NCBI GenBank assembly: GCA_038328935.1
Contig: JBBQMM010000001.1
Coordinates: 1-38,876 of the forward strand
Origin: Burkholderiales bacterium
GTDB lineage: Bacteria > Pseudomonadota > Gammaproteobacteria > Burkholderiales > Burkholderiaceae_C
Reading direction: 5' to 3'
Length of the DNA stretch: 38,876 bases
Positions 35,449 to 38,876 of this stretch are shown in pieces (position 1 is the stretch's first letter; each line of letters begins with the position of its first letter). A program made the position numbers and the translations under genes. The notes below the pieces were generated by a model. The model was not told the origin of the DNA and searched no databases. It worked only from the letters and a program-made list of their open reading frames with translations.

Positions 35449-37332
35449 CTAAATCTCGATCTTGGTACCCAGCTCGACGATGCGGTTGGTGGGCAGGCGC
35501 AGAAAATCGGCCGCGCCAGCGGCATTGCGGTGCATGCTGGCAAACAGCTTTTCGCGCCACAGTGCCATGCCGCCACCAAAGGTGGGCACCACGGTGTCGC
35601 GGCTGAGAAAGTAGCTGGTGTCCATGGCGTCGAGATGCACGCCGCTGCCTTGCAGCAGCTTCAGCGCCTCGGGCACGTCGGGTTCGTTCTTGAAGCCGAA
35701 GTGCAGCGTCACCTGCCAGCAATCGTGGCCCAGGAACTCCACCTCGCAGCGGCGGTCGAACCCGAGCCAAGGCACCTCGTGGTGGCGGACGCTGACGAAC
35801 AGGTTCTGCTCGTGCAGCACCTTGTTGTGTTTCAGGTTGTGCAGCAGCGCAAAGGGTGTTGCGCCCGCCTCTGCACTGAGGAACACGGCCGTGCCCTGCA
35901 CGCGCACCGGTGGCGCCAGGAACAGGGACTCCAGGAACTCCTTCAGGCCCATGGCCTCTTCGCGCATGCGCTGGGCCATCAGCCTGCGGCCGGCCTTCCA
36001 CGTGAGCATCAGCGTGAACACGCCGGCGCCGATGAGCAGCGGGAACCAGCCGCCTTCGAGCACCTTCACCACGTTGGCGGCAAAGAACATCAGGTCGACG
36101 ATGAAGAAGGTGCCGGTGGCGGCAACACACACCCACAGCGGCAGCTTCCACGCGTAGCGAATGACGAAGAACGTCATCACCGTGGTGATGGTCATGTCGA
36201 TGGTGACCGCGATGCCGTAGGCACCGGCCAGCGCGCTGCTGCCGCCGAACACCACCACCGCAAACACCACGCAGCCATAGAGCGCCCAGTTGACGAAGGG
36301 CACGTAGATCTGTCCGGTGTCGCGCACGCTGGTGTGCAGCACGCGCAGGCGCGGCATGTAGCCCAGTTGCACTGCCTGCTTGGTGACTGAAAAGGCCGCC
36401 GTGATCAACGCCTGCGACGCAATCACGGTGGCGAGCGTGGCGAGCCCGATGAGCGGGAACAAGGCCCACTGCGGCGCCATCTGGAAAAACGGATTGCGCA
36501 CGTTTTCGGGGTGCTGCAACAGCATTGCGCCTTGGCCGAAGTAGTTCAGCAGCAAGGCCGGCATGACGACGGCAAACCAGGCCCAGCGTATGGGCGCCTT
36601 GCCAAAATGCCCGAGGTCGGCGTACAGCGCCTCGGCGCCCGTGACGCACAGCACCACCGAGCCCAGCGCGACAAAGGCAATGCCCGGGTGGCCAAACAAA
36701 AAACCCAGCGCATGGTGCGGCGACAGCGCCACCAGCACCGCCGGGTTGTACGCGATGTGCTGCACGCCCAACAGCGCCAGCACCGCCATCCACACCAGCG
36801 TGATGGGTCCGAACCAGCGGCCCACCACGGCGGTGCCGAAGCGCTGTGCAGCAAACAGCCCCGTCAGTACCAACAGCGTGATGGGTACGACGAAACGGTG
36901 CAACTTCGGCGCCGCCACCTCCAGGCCTTCGACCGCCGACAGCACCGAGATGGCGGGCGTGATGACCCCGTCCCCAAAGAAGATGGCGGTGCCGAAGATG
37001 CCCAAAATCAGCAGTCGACGGCGCAACTCGGGCTTGTGTTTGACGGCCTGTGTGGCGAGCGCCAGCATCGCGATGAGGCCGCCCTCGCCGTTGTTGTCGG
37101 CGCGCAGGATCAGCGTCACGTACTTCAGCGACACCACCACCGTCAGCGTCCAGAACACCAGGCTCAGGATGCCCAGGATGTTGCCCGGCGTCAGCGGTAC
37201 GCGGCCATGGGCAAAGACCTCTTTCAGCGCATACAGCGGGCTGGTGCCGATGTCGCCATAGACCACACCCACGGCAACCAGGGTGAGAGCGGCCAGTGCT
37301 GAAGCACTGCGGGGTGGGTGTTGGGCTGACAT
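35449..37332 (-). CDS. kup: Potassium uptake protein Kup
   Basis: [65 protein letters not shown]. Confidence 0.97.
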   Translation of the reverse strand: MSAQHPPRSASALAALTLVAVGVVYGDIGTSPLYALKEVFAHGRVPLTPGNILGILSLVFWTLTVVVSLKYVTLILRADNNGEGGLIAMLALATQAVKHKPELRRRLLILGIFGTAIFFGDGVITPAISVLSAVEGLEVAAPKLHRFVVPITLLVLTGLFAAQRFGTAVVGRWFGPITLVWMAVLALLGVQHIAYNPAVLVALSPHHALGFLFGHPGIAFVALGSVVLCVTGAEALYADLGHFGKAPIRWAWFAVVMPALLLNYFGQGAMLLQHPENVRNPFFQMAPQWALFPLIGLATLATVIASQALITAAFSVTKQAVQLGYMPRLRVLHTSVRDTGQIYVPFVNWALYGCVVFAVVVFGGSSALAGAYGIAVTIDMTITTVMTFFVIRYAWKLPLWVCVAATGTFFIVDLMFFAANVVKVLEGGWFPLLIGAGVFTLMLTWKAGRRLMAQRMREEAMGLKEFLESLFLAPPVRVQGTAVFLSAEAGATPFALLHNLKHNKVLHEQNLFVSVRHHEVPWLGFDRRCEVEFLGHDCWQVTLHFGFKNEPDVPEALKLLQGSGVHLDAMDTSYFLSRDTVVPTFGGGMALWREKLFASMHRNAAGAADFLRLPTNRIVELGTKIEI

Positions 37333-37583
37333 CGAGACGAGGCGCTATTGTGCGCCGCGACCCCGCCCAATGGGCCTCGTTGAGTCCCCTTCGCGCTATA
37401 GATGCTGCGGCGCAGCAACACACGACTAGGGGGCCTCGAATGCAGGTCTGTGCGGTCCTGGCTGCGCGTGACCCCCGGGCCCGGCAGTCAAAAAAGCGAT
37501 GGAAGCAGCTCGTTGCCCGTTGCAGCCGATGACCATCAGCAGCTGCTGTCCCGAGGCCGCGGGCAGCCCGCCCGCACCCGCTT

Positions 37584-38876
37584 TCAGTCGAAGTTTTCGG
37601 CGTCGGGGTCGGTGGCTTCCAGCTCGTAGGAGGCCGCCAGCATCGCCAGCCGCCCGATGACGCCGTACATGTAGAAGCGGTTGGGCGCGCTGGCACCCGG
37701 CTTCACGCCCGGGCGCGGCAGCTGGTTGCTTTGCGCAAAAGCCAGCGGCACGTAGCTGCTGCCGGGGCCGCACAGGTCTTCGTCAGCGCTGCGCTCGGCG
37801 TGCACACGGTAGTAGCCGCCGACCACGTAGCGGTCGATCATGCACACCACGGGCTCGGCCACCGCGCTGTGCATGCGCTCCATCGTCGGCACCCCCTCTT
37901 GCACCACGATGCCCGACGGCAGCCTGCCACCGCCGGCGGCGCGCATGCGCTCGACCAGGCGGCCGCTCAGGGTGTCGAGCTCCTTGGCATCGCGCAGCAC
38001 CAGCATGCCCTGCCCGTCGCCGGCGTTGTCGGCCTTCAGCACGACAAAGGGCTTTTCGTTGATGCCGTATTCCTTGTATTTGCGGCGCACCTTGGTGATC
38101 ACCGCGTCGACATGGCCGCGCACCGCCTCCAGCCCTGCAGCCGTGCCGGGGTCCACCGCGCCGCAACCGGCGAAGATGGGGTTGATCAGCCACACGTCCA
38201 TGCCCAGCAGCTTGGCAAACTTCTTCGCTACCTCTTCGTAACTCTGAAAGTGCTGGCTCTTGCGACGCACCGTCCAGCCCGCATGCAGCGGCGGCAGCAG
38301 GTACTGTTCATGCAGGTGTTGCAGCGTGCGCGGCACGCCAGCGGAAAGATCGTTGTTGAGCAAAATGGTGCAGGGGTCGAAGTTCTTCAGACCCAGACGT
38401 CCCCGGTTGCGCACCACCGGTTCCAGCACCAGTTCACCCCCTTCTGGCACGGCCACGGTCAGCGGCGCTTCCACCGCCGGGTCCAGCGTGCCCAGGCGCA
38501 CGTTCAGCCCGGCCTGCGTGAACACCTGCACCAGGCTTTGCATCGCAGCCAGGTAGAAGCTGTCCTGGGTGCGGGCGCCGGGGATCAGGAGCAGGTTCTT
38601 GGCTTCGGGGCAGATCTTCTCGATCGCGGCCATCGCCGCCTGCACCGCCAGCGGCAGCATCTCGGGCGTGAGGTGGTTGAAGCCGCTGGGAAAGAGGTCG
38701 GTGCCCACCGGCGCCAGCTTGAAGCCGGCATTGCGCAAGTCCACCGAGGTGTAGAACGGCGGCGTGTGCTCCATCCATTCCAGTCTGAACCAGCGTTCGA
38801 TGGCCGGCATGGATTCCAGCATGCGCTGCTCCAGCTCGTTGATGGGGCCGGTGAGTGCGGTGGTGAGGTGCGGGAC
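37584..38876 (-). CDS. gshA: Glutamate--cysteine ligase, betaproteobacterial GshA type; divergent copy; 5' end just outside the window
   Basis: VPHLTTALTGPINELE, IERWFRLEW, PPFYTSVDLRNAGFKLAP, LLNNDLSAG, PNRFYMYGV; the frame is open to the window edge. Confidence 0.88.
   Translation of the reverse strand, partial: VPHLTTALTGPINELEQRMLESMPAIERWFRLEWMEHTPPFYTSVDLRNAGFKLAPVGTDLFPSGFNHLTPEMLPLAVQAAMAAIEKICPEAKNLLLIPGARTQDSFYLAAMQSLVQVFTQAGLNVRLGTLDPAVEAPLTVAVPEGGELVLEPVVRNRGRLGLKNFDPCTILLNNDLSAGVPRTLQHLHEQYLLPPLHAGWTVRRKSQHFQSYEEVAKKFAKLLGMDVWLINPIFAGCGAVDPGTAAGLEAVRGHVDAVITKVRRKYKEYGINEKPFVVLKADNAGDGQGMLVLRDAKELDTLSGRLVERMRAAGGGRLPSGIVVQEGVPTMERMHSAVAEPVVCMIDRYVVGGYYRVHAERSADEDLCGPGSSYVPLAFAQSNQLPRPGVKPGASAPNRFYMYGVIGRLAMLAASYELEATDPDAENFD

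Overview
High-GC chromosomal segment from a betaproteobacterium (Burkholderiales; the gene content and order of phaM, FIST, BTH_I0359/DUF3567, split metH, kup and the betaproteobacterial-type gshA fit the Rubrivivax/Comamonadaceae area, by inference). It has about 31 mostly housekeeping or metabolic CDSs: an aldo/keto reductase plus TIGR04076 protein divergent from a Liv-type ABC transporter that lacks a binding protein, a Lys/Ala-rich histone-like protein, a Bug/TctC binding protein, a gamma-glutamylcyclotransferase, a TonB-dependent receptor, a DUF6351-like lipoprotein hydrolase, a glcD-glcE-methyltransferase-cidA-lrgB-glcF operon, FIST, phaM, an aspartic protease, an FAH-family protein, DUF3108, DUF3567, a double-AAA ATPase, a degenerate MHYT-like membrane protein, the N-terminal half of MetH, an Fbp/PgtC-like ABC transporter, kup and a divergent gshA cut by the window edge. 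I saw no rRNA, tRNA, CRISPR array, transposase or integrase. Most notable: (1) a CidA/LrgB pair embedded in the glycolate dehydrogenase operon, a candidate bacterial glycolate carrier analogous to plant PLGG1; (2) more than a dozen unrelated 12-27 bp tandem arrays, many anchored on stop or start codons, one forming a chain of ATGA-coupled mini-ORFs; (3) two apparent pseudo-enzymes/pseudo-sensors (gshA with altered motifs, an MHYT-like protein without MHYT motifs); (4) a frameshifted methyltransferase. All family assignments come from recognising motifs by eye, not from database searches.
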